A DNA stretch of 39,631 nt from the IMG/VR virus record IMGVR_UViG_3300020045_005713, positions 1 to 39,631 of that record. The stretch is one strand, 5' to 3'. A program made the position numbers and the translations under genes. This stretch comes from a virus. Its lineage: Duplodnaviria > Caudoviricetes. Below are positions 26,347 through 34,427 of this stretch, piece by piece. The notes under the pieces are model-generated. The model made no database searches, had not been told where the DNA came from, and saw nothing but the letters and a program-made list of their open reading frames with translations. Within the stretch, counting starts at the first letter, position 1. Each line of letters opens with the position of its first letter.

Positions 26347-26501
26347 TGTGTCCGAATAGAAAGGGGAAATAACTGTGGATCATTCGGAACGAAAAAAGAA
26401 TTGGAAAGTCGGAACGCGAGTTTTCGCAGACAAACAGAAAGCGCGGCGGGCCGGGCGGCGCTGTGGCATGAAGCCCGTGCTCATAGAATCACGGTGGTAA
26501 C

Positions 26502-26666
26502 ATGTGGGGCGCACTGGCCGCGATTCTGAAAGTTCTCTTGCCGTGGTTCTTTTCCGGCGAGAAGAAAACGACCGTTGAACGGAGCGCGCCGGGATTGCCG
26601 GGGCTGGACGTGAAGCGCGATGATCACGATGGGCGCGGGGAAGACGATGAGCACGACGGGCTGTAA
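26502..26666 (+). CDS. small membrane-anchored protein
   Basis: MWGALAAILKVLLPWFFSG then an acidic tail; translated by hand. Confidence 0.5.
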   Translation: MWGALAAILKVLLPWFFSGEKKTTVERSAPGLPGLDVKRDDHDGRGEDDEHDGL

Positions 26667-26678
26667 ATGGGGTGATGA

Positions 26679-26963
26679 ATGAAAACGCCTGGGTATGTGT
26701 ATCTATGGTTTGCGTGCATCGGCTTTTTGTTTTCCGCTGCCTTGTCGTCTTGTCAATTCGGCGGCAAGGAAACCACGCACGAAGTCATCATCGTGGAGCC
26801 GGGGCAAGTGGTCGAGATTGCGGACGAAACGCAGATTCAAGTTGTGGTGAAAACGGAAGCCGGAAAGCAGATTGTCACAAAGCGAAAATTGGCGGGCATG
26901 GTTGCCATGCCGAAAAGCGTATACCGCGAAATGCGGGCGCGCGCTTACCCGGAGGAAAAGTAG
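26679..26963 (+). CDS. lipoprotein, possible o-spanin-like
   Basis: signal peptide ending in lipobox LSSC; lies next to holin-like genes. Confidence 0.6.
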   Translation: MKTPGYVYLWFACIGFLFSAALSSCQFGGKETTHEVIIVEPGQVVEIADETQIQVVVKTEAGKQIVTKRKLAGMVAMPKSVYREMRARAYPEEK

Positions 26964-26965
26964 GC

Positions 26966-27166
26966 ATGCACAACATGATTCTGCTTACCCAAAAAACATC
27001 GGACGGCACCACGTATTACGCGGACTTTGAAAGCGGCTCGTCAATACCCGTGCGTCAGTGGTGTGATCCGCCGCATACGCGCGTAACGATAACGACTACA
27101 ACGATTGTGCCAGCGGTAGTATTTTGTCCCGTCTTCATAGGAGGAACAGTAGGATGCGAACGTTGA
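26966..27166 (+). CDS. hypothetical protein
   Basis: GGAGG upstream; fills the gap between neighbours. Confidence 0.4.
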   Translation: MHNMILLTQKTSDGTTYYADFESGSSIPVRQWCDPPHTRVTITTTTIVPAVVFCPVFIGGTVGCER

Positions 27167-27537
27167 AGGACATTCTGGCGTTGGTTGCAATCGTGCTGTG
27201 GCTTTGCGTCGCGTCTCACGCGGCTGAAAAGCGCGCTGAGGTTGTGCCGCTCCCAGCGAAGGCCAAAGCCGAACCCGTCGAGGACGGCAACGCGCTTGTC
27301 GTGGTCGTCCACGAAGCTGAAAAGCGCGTGGAAATCGATCTCGTTATCGGCCTTGACTGCGATTGCGCCAAGATCGTTGCCAAGCACGGCGAGATCAAAC
27401 CCGGCACGAAGGCATGGGAAAAGCTGCACGAACTCATCGCCGAAAAACTTCAAGAGGCTGGCGAGCATCTCGTCAAGGAATCGGCGAAACGCAAACCGGC
27501 GGCGAAACCAGCGGAGGCGGTCAAGGTTTTGAAATGA
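27154..27537 (+). CDS. exported protein with signal peptide
   Basis: AGGAGG RBS; MRTLKDILALVAIVLWLCVASHA-A resembles an SPI signal. Confidence 0.65.
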   Translation: MRTLKDILALVAIVLWLCVASHAAEKRAEVVPLPAKAKAEPVEDGNALVVVVHEAEKRVEIDLVIGLDCDCAKIVAKHGEIKPGTKAWEKLHELIAEKLQEAGEHLVKESAKRKPAAKPAEAVKVLK

Positions 27538-27755
27538 CTGCCACGGGCGCAAGGCCAAGCCACTACTGCAGGTTCTGCCGGTGGCGCGATTTGTCCAAAA
27601 CCATAATCGGCGGACACGCCTATTATGAGTGCGGAAAATGTTTCGCTTTGTGGCGCGTGGTGGAGACTGAGCACCACGAAGAGCGGCTGCGAGTGGTGAC
27701 GGTAGAACGGGATTGCGTACCGCAAGGCGCGGCGCGCGTGGAGCGAATGGCATGA
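27534..27755 (+). CDS. small zinc-ribbon protein
   Basis: CRFC...CGKC; ATGA-coupled. Confidence 0.55.
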   Translation: MTATGARPSHYCRFCRWRDLSKTIIGGHAYYECGKCFALWRVVETEHHEERLRVVTVERDCVPQGAARVERMA

Positions 27756-27958
27756 AGATAAAAAAGATTTGGGAATTCACACTTTCGTACAAAAAAGCCA
27801 ATCAACCAATGTGGCGCTCGAATGATCATGTCTGGGTTATCGCCGATACGCTGGCCTTGGCGGTTGACAACGCGGAGCGCGCGATCAAACAGCGTCACGA
27901 AGGGGCGACCGATATTCATTTTTATTCAGGCCAATACCGTGGCGAGGCCGTGGAATGA
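27752..27958 (+). CDS. small hypothetical protein
   Basis: ATGA-coupled, ATG 27752. Confidence 0.5.
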   Translation: MKIKKIWEFTLSYKKANQPMWRSNDHVWVIADTLALAVDNAERAIKQRHEGATDIHFYSGQYRGEAVE

Positions 27959-27977
27959 GTTGCGAACAGGAGGAAAT

Positions 27978-28167
27978 CGAACGCGGGCGGGCGTCCGCTG
28001 GACATAGCTGGAATGTAGACTCAGCACAAGTTGCAGCGCAACGGTATACATACCGGTAAAACTCTCCCCGATGCTGGCGCTGTAGCGCGGGGGCTTGCGG
28101 TCGAATCCGGCAACCACTCGATCAAACGAGAGACGCCTGTACTCCTCAATCCGCCTGCCCGCGTTCG
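27978..28167 (+). ncRNA. putative ~190-nt structured RNA
   Basis: 16-bp closing stem CGAACGCGGGCGGGCG (27978-27993) / CGCCTGCCCGCGTTCG (28152-28167) with one G-U pair; several internal hairpins. Confidence 0.55.
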
Positions 28168-28187
28168 TTGAAAGGCAATCGTGAAAT

Positions 28188-28340
28188 GTGCGTGCTTATC
28201 GGCCAGAATTCCGGGTGCAGTATTGCGATTGGTGCAGGAAGACCGTGTGTTTTTGGTACGTGGATTTTGAAGGGCTGAGTTTTTACTTTTGCTCTGGGAA
28301 CCGATTCGATCCGCGCGGCGGATGCGGGCATAGGATTTAA
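28188..28340 (+). CDS. small zinc-ribbon protein
   Basis: GTG start; MRAYRPEFRVQYCDWC...FCSG...GCGHRI, translated by hand; stop 3 bp before the next gene. Confidence 0.5.
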   Translation: MRAYRPEFRVQYCDWCRKTVCFWYVDFEGLSFYFCSGNRFDPRGGCGHRI

Positions 28341-28343
28341 GCC

Positions 28344-28970
28344 ATGTACGATGCGCAATATCTACCTTACATGCAGGGTTATTACAACGGCCATGCCGCA
28401 TTAACGCGCGTGACGGCTCCTACCGTTGAACCCGTGACTCTGGCCGAAGCCTCCCTGTATGTGAAAATGGATCACACCACGGACGATGCTTTGATTACGT
28501 CCTTGATCGTGGCGGCACGCGAGTTGTGCGAAGTGAAGACGGAACGCAGCTTCGTAAATACGACATGGGACTTGACGCTGGACTATTTGCCGCGTTGCAT
28601 CTTTCTACCGCGTTCGAGATTGTCTTCGGTGACTTCGCTTTCGTATTACGCCACGGACGGCACGCTCACAGTTATGTCGTCTGCGGATTACGTTGTCGAT
28701 ACGGCAAGCGAACCGGGCCGGATAACGCAGGCCGTCAACGCCACATGGCCTGGAACGCAGGATAGAACCGGCGCGGTGATTGTCCGCTTCGTGGCGGGCT
28801 ACGGCGCGGCGGCGTCAAGCGTACCGGACTCGATTAAGGCCGCGATACAGCTGCTTGTCGGGCACTGGTACGAAAACAGGGAATCGGTGGTAGTAGGCAC
28901 GATTACGAGCGAACTGCCGATGGCCGTTGAAAGTCTTCTTGCCGCTAACGCCGTGGTCACAATGGTTTAA
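28344..28970 (+). CDS. head-tail connector (HK97 gp6 / phiE125 gp8-like)
   Basis: P.VEPVTLAEA, DDALI.SLI.AAR..CE, F.AGYG, VP.SIK.AI.LLVGHWYENRE. Confidence 0.93.
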   Translation: MYDAQYLPYMQGYYNGHAALTRVTAPTVEPVTLAEASLYVKMDHTTDDALITSLIVAARELCEVKTERSFVNTTWDLTLDYLPRCIFLPRSRLSSVTSLSYYATDGTLTVMSSADYVVDTASEPGRITQAVNATWPGTQDRTGAVIVRFVAGYGAAASSVPDSIKAAIQLLVGHWYENRESVVVGTITSELPMAVESLLAANAVVTMV

Positions 28971-28972
28971 CG

Positions 28973-29377
28973 ATGAATCGAATCGGGCGATACAGGCACA
29001 GGATACAGCTTTACAGCGCAACGGAAACGCGCACGGCGGGCGGCGGCGTCACGCGCACGTGGGCTTTGCAGGATGTCGTATGGGGCCGCGTCACGCCGAT
29101 AAGCGGCGATGAAAAGTACAACGGCGACCAGGTGCATTCAGACGTAACGCACATCATCCGTATCCGCTATCGGCATGGCGTCAAGGCGTCGTGGCGGATC
29201 GTGCAGGCAGACCACATTTTCCAGATACGCGCGGTGATTGAGGAAGACCATATCCACGATGAAATGATTCTGCACTGCACTGAGCAGGCAACGGGCAATC
29301 AGGAAGTTGTGCTTGTCAATGACGATAATATGCCGATTTACAATGATGACGGCGCGTCAATCCTGGTAGGAGCGTGA
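28973..29377 (+). CDS. head closure protein (SPP1 gp16-like) with C-terminal extension
   Basis: G.YRHRI.L, VWG.V.P.SG.E, TH.IRIRYR, F.I.AV, L.C.E. Confidence 0.9.
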   Translation: MNRIGRYRHRIQLYSATETRTAGGGVTRTWALQDVVWGRVTPISGDEKYNGDQVHSDVTHIIRIRYRHGVKASWRIVQADHIFQIRAVIEEDHIHDEMILHCTEQATGNQEVVLVNDDNMPIYNDDGASILVGA

Positions 29378-29381
29378 GGCG

Positions 29382-29759
29382 ATGGCGTTGACGGCGCGGA
29401 AATTACTTGTGGGGACTGGCGACGCGGCGGCATCATCGGCTGAGGTGGACACCGTCACGCAGTTGACGGCGGGGCAAAACGATTACGCTCCGGGCACAGA
29501 CCGCGTGCAGCGGTGGTCAAGCGACGCATCACGCACGGTTACCGGCATGGTTGCGGGCGCGAGTGCCGAGGAAAGAATCATCATAAACGGCGGTTCTTTC
29601 GACATTGTTTTTGCGCATCAAAGCGCAAGCTCCACGGCGGCGAATCGGTTTCTTTCAACGACCGGCGCAAACATCACGCTTGGCGCGGATGCAATGCTCT
29701 TTGCGCTGTACGATGCAACGACTTTGCGCTGGCGTATTTCAAAGTTACCGGTGGCATAA
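29382..29759 (+). CDS. putative neck/collar fibre protein
   Basis: N-terminus resembles that of 24021-25667; HQSASS.AANRF and YDATT.RWR C-terminal domain. Confidence 0.6.
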   Translation: MALTARKLLVGTGDAAASSAEVDTVTQLTAGQNDYAPGTDRVQRWSSDASRTVTGMVAGASAEERIIINGGSFDIVFAHQSASSTAANRFLSTTGANITLGADAMLFALYDATTLRWRISKLPVA

Positions 29760-29812
29760 ATTCGACGTTTGGAGTTTACAGTTGCTTTTTGCTGGCGATT
29801 CGGTTAGATAAC

Positions 29813-29866
29813 ATTCGGCTAGGGTAGCTCCTGAAAAGCGTGGAATTCCCGCCACGCCTGCCGAAT
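29813..29866 (+). ncRNA. putative C4-like antisense RNA
   Basis: ATTCGGC/GCCGAAT outer stem, two inner hairpins, GGCTAGGGTAGCTCC.GAAAAG sequence; loop TTCCC complementary to GGGAA at 29880 and 29895; TTGCTT-17-TAGATA just upstream. Confidence 0.6.
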
Positions 29867-29921
29867 TTGAGATTGCAACGGGAAGCACGGCTATGGGAAG
29901 GCCGCTTCACGTTAGAAGCGC

Positions 29922-30347
29922 ATGAGTATTAAATCTGAATTGTACACATATCTAACAAATAGCACGCCACTGGCGGCGCTTGTGTCAAACCGCATCTATC
30001 CGCAAACGGCACCAACGTCGGCGGCGCTGCCGTACATCGTATACTCTCGAATTGACGGCGCGCACCTGCATTGCTTTGGCGGCGCGGCTGGAATAGCCAC
30101 GGCGCGCTTTCAGTTTATGGCGTGGTCAAGCACATCTGACAATGCCGAGGAAATAGGCGAGGCGCTCCGCAACCGAATGGACGGGCTTGGAAATACGACA
30201 TGGGGCGCGTTCAGTATTCTGACCGTGTTTCTTGAAAACGAAGTCGATCAAATAACGACGCCGGAACACGGTGAGGAGCAGGGCGTGTTTGCGGGATTGC
30301 AAGACTACTTGATTTCGTACCGTGAAAGCGTGCCCTCGTTCGCATAA
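29922..30347 (+). CDS. tail terminator/completion protein (DUF3168-like)
   Basis: L..LV.NRIYP..AP....LPYIVY.RI, RFQ...W. Confidence 0.88.
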   Translation: MSIKSELYTYLTNSTPLAALVSNRIYPQTAPTSAALPYIVYSRIDGAHLHCFGGAAGIATARFQFMAWSSTSDNAEEIGEALRNRMDGLGNTTWGAFSILTVFLENEVDQITTPEHGEEQGVFAGLQDYLISYRESVPSFA

Positions 30348-30370
30348 GTTCTTTTGATAGGAGATAAATC

Positions 30371-30787
30371 ATGGCAGCGGTAAAAGCATTTGGAGCGACC
30401 ATTACATTTTCAAGCGGATGGTTTGGGTGTATTACCAGCATTGATTGGACTGGCGTGGAACGCGCTGCATTTGACGTATCGTGCTTCGACGCCGGTACAC
30501 CAGGCGCTAACATTATCGGAAATATGTCGTGGATACCATCCGGGTTGAGCAACTCAGGGCAGCTCGAAATTGCCGGACATTATTATTTGGGGACGCAGGC
30601 ACGTCCACCGATAGACTCTGTGGCCGAAGCGGTGACAGTTACATTTGTCACCGACGGCGCTGGCGGAACCTCGACGCTTACGGGGAGCGGGTTTCTAACG
30701 GCATTCAATATGACCGGGCCGATTGACGACGCGATTGGATACACGGCAACTCTTAAGTGGGCTGGTGGCGTGACAATTACAGTCTAA
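30371..30787 (+). CDS. tail tube (major tail) protein
   Basis: 138 aa; GSGFLTAF...GP.DD....ATLK..G..T; position between terminator and chaperone. Confidence 0.8.
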   Translation: MAAVKAFGATITFSSGWFGCITSIDWTGVERAAFDVSCFDAGTPGANIIGNMSWIPSGLSNSGQLEIAGHYYLGTQARPPIDSVAEAVTVTFVTDGAGGTSTLTGSGFLTAFNMTGPIDDAIGYTATLKWAGGVTITV

Positions 30788-30798
30788 CAGGGGGATGA

Positions 30799-31146
30799 AT
30801 GCTTTCTCGCGACGAGATTCTCAAGGCGGATGATTTGAAGCGGGTATCCATATCCGTTCCTGAGTGGGGCGGGGAGGTGTACCTTCGCATCATGGCCGGG
30901 CACGAACGCGACGCATTTGAAACTGAATTTGTTGCAAACGGGAAGACTGATAAGAACTTTACAAACGTGCGCGCGCGGCTTTGCGCGCGGTGCCTGTGCG
31001 ATGAAACCGGCGCGCGGTTGTTTTCGGATGCAGACATTACCGCGCTTGGGCAGAAAAGCGGCGCGGCGCTTGACCGGGTATTTGCAGCAGCCAAAAAGCT
31101 GAATGGCATAGGCGCTGCCGATATTGAGGAACTGGTAAAAAACTAA
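30799..31146 (+). CDS. tail assembly chaperone (gpG-like)
   Basis: LSRDEIL, VPEWGGEV, LCDE.G.RLF, ends in KN-stop at a slippery site. Confidence 0.88.
   Translation: MLSRDEILKADDLKRVSISVPEWGGEVYLRIMAGHERDAFETEFVANGKTDKNFTNVRARLCARCLCDETGARLFSDADITALGQKSGAALDRVFAAAKKLNGIGAADIEELVKN
31137..31143 (+). other. -1 programmed ribosomal frameshift heptamer A AAA AAC
   Basis: X XXY YYZ immediately before the TAA; the -1 frame is open (LRSRPERLAWLRLAREM) into ORF 31191-31574. Confidence 0.85.
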
Positions 31147-31574
31147 GAAGCCGTCCGGAGCGGCTTGCATGGCTCCGGCTGGCGCGGGAAATGGCGCTAT
31201 CGGTGCGCGAGTGTCAGGCGCGGATTGATAGCGCGGAGTTTGCGGAGCAACAGGCGGCATACCTGGTAGAACCGTGGGGCGAGGCGCGGGCTGATTTGAG
31301 GGCCGGAATAATCGCGGCAACAATGGCGAATGCGTTTAGGGGCAAGGATACGAAGGCGTTTACCGCCGATCAATTCATGCCGGACTTTTCAGGCGCGGCG
31401 CGGATAACGCAGACGCCGGAAGAAATGTTACTGATAGCGCGGGCGTTCGCGGAGGTGCATAACGGTGGCGTCGGCAAAGTTCAACTTCAAACTCCACGGA
31501 GTGCCAAAGACAGCGGCAAAGCTAAAAAGCCTACCGCCAAAGGCGCGGGCGGCGCTGTTCAACGCGCTAAGTGA
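31143..31574 (+). CDS. frameshifted C-terminal part of the tail chaperone (gpGT-like)
   Basis: S.EFAE..A.Y.VEPWG..RADLRAGIIAA..AN and FMP.F motifs. Confidence 0.8.
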   Translation, partial: LRSRPERLAWLRLAREMALSVRECQARIDSAEFAEQQAAYLVEPWGEARADLRAGIIAATMANAFRGKDTKAFTADQFMPDFSGAARITQTPEEMLLIARAFAEVHNGGVGKVQLQTPRSAKDSGKAKKPTAKGAGGAVQRAK

Positions 31575-31833
31575 CGGCGCGGCGAAGATCCGCGAGACGG
31601 CGCGCGAGCTTGTGCCGGTCGATACGGGCTTCCTGCAAAAATCAATCCGCGTGCATATACGGAAAACGCGCAATCCGGGGTTTTCGGTTGTGGCGCGGGC
31701 GTTCTACGGCGCGTTTATTGAATTCGGAACGCGGCGCAACCGGGCGCAACCGTTTCTAAGACCGGCGTTTTTCAAACACATTTCGGCAATTCGCAAGGAA
31801 GCGGAAAAGGCAGTAGCCGGGAGCATGAAATAA
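31465..31833 (+). CDS. HK97 gp10-like tail component
   Basis: A..LVPVDTG.L.KSI, FY..FIEFGT, AQPFLRPAF. Confidence 0.9.
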   Translation: MASAKFNFKLHGVPKTAAKLKSLPPKARAALFNALSDGAAKIRETARELVPVDTGFLQKSIRVHIRKTRNPGFSVVARAFYGAFIEFGTRRNRAQPFLRPAFFKHISAIRKEAEKAVAGSMK

Positions 31834-33026
31834 TGGCTACCATTGCTTCGCTTGCAGTATCGCTTGGATTCGAGCCTAAAGAATTCGATAAGGGGCTTTC
31901 AAAGGCGCTCACTTCGCTGAGTTCTTTCGACGCTGCCGCGCAGGGTGTGTTTGAAGGACTCGGAGCAAGCCCGGCGCTGGCCGGAAATCTTGCGAATCTG
32001 GCGGGGCGGTTTGTTGACCTTGCGGTTGACGCGGGGCGCTTCGTCGCGGCGCAATTCGAGGTTATCGAATCGACTGGTGAACTTGCGGAGCGTCTTGGCG
32101 CGTCAATCGAAAAGACATCCGAACTCGCATACGTCGCGCAGATCGCTGGCGTGAGCTTGCAAGAGTTTGGGAACTTCATGGAGAAGGGTGCGTCGAAACT
32201 TGGAGAGGCGCGAATCGAGGGCGGGAAGGCGGCTGAGGCTTTTACGCAAATAGGGCTGAGTATCGAGGAACTTGCGCGGCTTGACCCGACAGAGCAATTC
32301 ATTCGCATCTCCGAAGCGATACGCGGTTTCGACAAGGGACTGCAATCGCGTCTGGCGATGGATATTTACGGAAAAAAGATGGGGCAGATGCTTAATATCC
32401 TTAAAATGTCATCGGCAGAATTTGAGACCCTGCGTGCCGGGGCGCTTGGCACCGGAAACGTGCTAACTGAAACCGATGTTAAGGAAGTTTCGCAATCCAA
32501 TATGGCCCTGCGGCAACTTCAGGCTGCATTCGACGGGATGGCGAAACAAATCGCGATTGAAATATCACCGGCACTGACCGGGCTTGCCAACGCACTTACT
32601 GGCCTGTCGAAATCTGTCTTGGCTGAAAAGGGAGCGGGCGCTGCAAAGTTTTGGGCTGAAGGACTCGAGCAAATGTTTGACAGCAGGGAAAAGTTCTTAG
32701 AATCTGTTGCGGATATATCGCCTGTACTTGCGTCGCTTGGCAAGATGTTCGTTCCCGAAGATGCCTTTGCGCCAAAAAAACCCGGCGCGCGCACGGGAGG
32801 AGGATCGCCGGCATTAACTGACATAGCGAGGCCATTAACAGACATGGTGCGCCCGCTTGTCACGGCGCTTGGCGTTGACATTTCTCGAATGTCGATTGAA
32901 GGATTGAAGATGCAAAAAGATGCCCCAATGCTGGACGAATCCAAAAAACAAACGGGGTATCAGCAGCAGATTGCAGAGAATACCGCGCGGTTACTCGGAG
33001 GCGGGGTAGTCCCGGTTGCTCAATAA
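31833..33026 (+). CDS. tape measure protein (short)
   Basis: MATIASLAVSL...F.KGL N-terminus; AF..IG.S..EL..L.P.EQF..I..AI; follows the tail chaperones. Confidence 0.85.
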   Translation: MATIASLAVSLGFEPKEFDKGLSKALTSLSSFDAAAQGVFEGLGASPALAGNLANLAGRFVDLAVDAGRFVAAQFEVIESTGELAERLGASIEKTSELAYVAQIAGVSLQEFGNFMEKGASKLGEARIEGGKAAEAFTQIGLSIEELARLDPTEQFIRISEAIRGFDKGLQSRLAMDIYGKKMGQMLNILKMSSAEFETLRAGALGTGNVLTETDVKEVSQSNMALRQLQAAFDGMAKQIAIEISPALTGLANALTGLSKSVLAEKGAGAAKFWAEGLEQMFDSREKFLESVADISPVLASLGKMFVPEDAFAPKKPGARTGGGSPALTDIARPLTDMVRPLVTALGVDISRMSIEGLKMQKDAPMLDESKKQTGYQQQIAENTARLLGGGVVPVAQ

Positions 33027-33895
33027 TGCCTACGACAATCAAAGAAGATACCGTAGAGGGCGGGAGTATAACCTCGACTGCCGAAAGCGGCCTTTCATTA
33101 ACGCGCAGAATGGTTCTATCCGGCGTTGAAGGCACGGCGGCGCTACGGCTTTACAACGCGCTTGCTGATGACCTTGTTCCTGGGCGCGGTGACGAGCATC
33201 CTGAAATCTCCGATATTTATGCCGATGAAATTACCGCTACAGGGCTTAGTCAATCCGATATAGAAATAACAATCCGCTATCGTTTTATGACGGCTGCTGA
33301 ATTGCCTCCACCGGAGCTATACACAAATGTGCCGCCACAGAAAGGCTTGCTGTCCATTGGTTCTACGCTCGTAACAGTGATTACAAACAAAGACTCGCAA
33401 GGTAAAGTAATGTGGGTTGACAACTACGTCAAAAACTATACTACAGACCCGGGCGCGCAGCCGCAACCGCGTCAAGTTGCAAATGCGAACATACAGATAC
33501 CGATGCTTACGGCGCGGTTTGTGCGGAGAGAGGCGTGGAATCCTAATGGATTGCCATCCGCAGAGGATCAATTTGTTGGCACGGTCAACGGCGATCAATT
33601 TTTGGGACTTGGCGCGGGGCGCTGGCTGCTGAGTAAACTTCAACGCACTCCGCAACAAGAGGTTACGCCAGCCGCTTCTGGCGGAAAGCGTATTTATCTG
33701 TGCGAATACGAATTTCAGCTTGCGCCGCCAGATCGGTCATGGTTTGACTTTGTTGCCGTATATATAGACCCGAAAACGAATAAGCCACCGAGTGACATTG
33801 GTAACCTGCCTGCTACTGATACATATGGCACCAACGGAATCAAGCAGTTTACGATTGCGCGTTCCTCAACCTTCTCATACTTTGGATTGACATAA
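33026..33895 (+). CDS. putative tail tip/hub protein
   Basis: directly after the TMP; P.RG..HP and VGTVN...F.G...G.WL motifs. Confidence 0.6.
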   Translation: MPTTIKEDTVEGGSITSTAESGLSLTRRMVLSGVEGTAALRLYNALADDLVPGRGDEHPEISDIYADEITATGLSQSDIEITIRYRFMTAAELPPPELYTNVPPQKGLLSIGSTLVTVITNKDSQGKVMWVDNYVKNYTTDPGAQPQPRQVANANIQIPMLTARFVRREAWNPNGLPSAEDQFVGTVNGDQFLGLGAGRWLLSKLQRTPQQEVTPAASGGKRIYLCEYEFQLAPPDRSWFDFVAVYIDPKTNKPPSDIGNLPATDTYGTNGIKQFTIARSSTFSYFGLT

Positions 33896-33896
33896 C

Positions 33897-34427
33897 ATGG
33901 CTGATACGCTATCAGACAGCTCAAATATCCCATTATGGACTGTGGGGCAGGTTATTACGGCTGAAGCTCTAAATGCGCCCATAGGTAAATTAAACGAGAT
34001 TCTTTCCGGCGTCAAGCCTGCGGTTCAAGTTGAGTCTGCACCGGGCGTATCGGCGGTTGTGGCGCAAGTACAACTCACGACACTCGCGCGCGATTTGAAT
34101 ATGTGCAAGATGTTTGTGAACGGCGTGGCAAGCGGCGCTGAATTTCCGGTAGCGAAGCCGCGCGCGCTGAGGCACCTTGGCGATACGACCACGGTGAACG
34201 GCATAACCTATACGCGAGTCAGCGCGCAAAAGCGCACCGCAACGCGCGGCTCTGATAGTGAAACACAAGTAGTGACCCCAACGTATTTTGTCGGCGCTGT
34301 ATTTTACGCCGTTGGCAACATCGAAAACGGGCCGATAAAGGCGCTCGATAGTAATGGCGTGCTGATTGATTGCGAATGGGTGGACTTAAACACGGACGCG
34401 CGCGAGTGGGCTAAAGAGGCCGTATGA
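33897..34427 (+). CDS. putative minor tail protein
   Basis: position; W..GQ.ITA..LN, VAKP..LR and DLN.DAR.WA motifs. Confidence 0.55.
   Translation: MADTLSDSSNIPLWTVGQVITAEALNAPIGKLNEILSGVKPAVQVESAPGVSAVVAQVQLTTLARDLNMCKMFVNGVASGAEFPVAKPRALRHLGDTTTVNGITYTRVSAQKRTATRGSDSETQVVTPTYFVGAVFYAVGNIENGPIKALDSNGVLIDCEWVDLNTDAREWAKEAV

Noticed and set aside
28060-28116. tRNA gene (TCGAATCC...ACCA)
   Set aside because: No canonical GTTC T-loop, and no D-arm, anticodon arm or 7-bp acceptor stem could be built
27978-28167. Retron msr-msd
   Set aside because: Terminal inverted repeats fit, but no reverse transcriptase gene is present
14241-33026. Gene transfer agent
   Set aside because: Despite the short TMP, the window has its own replication, recombination and cos-type packaging genes
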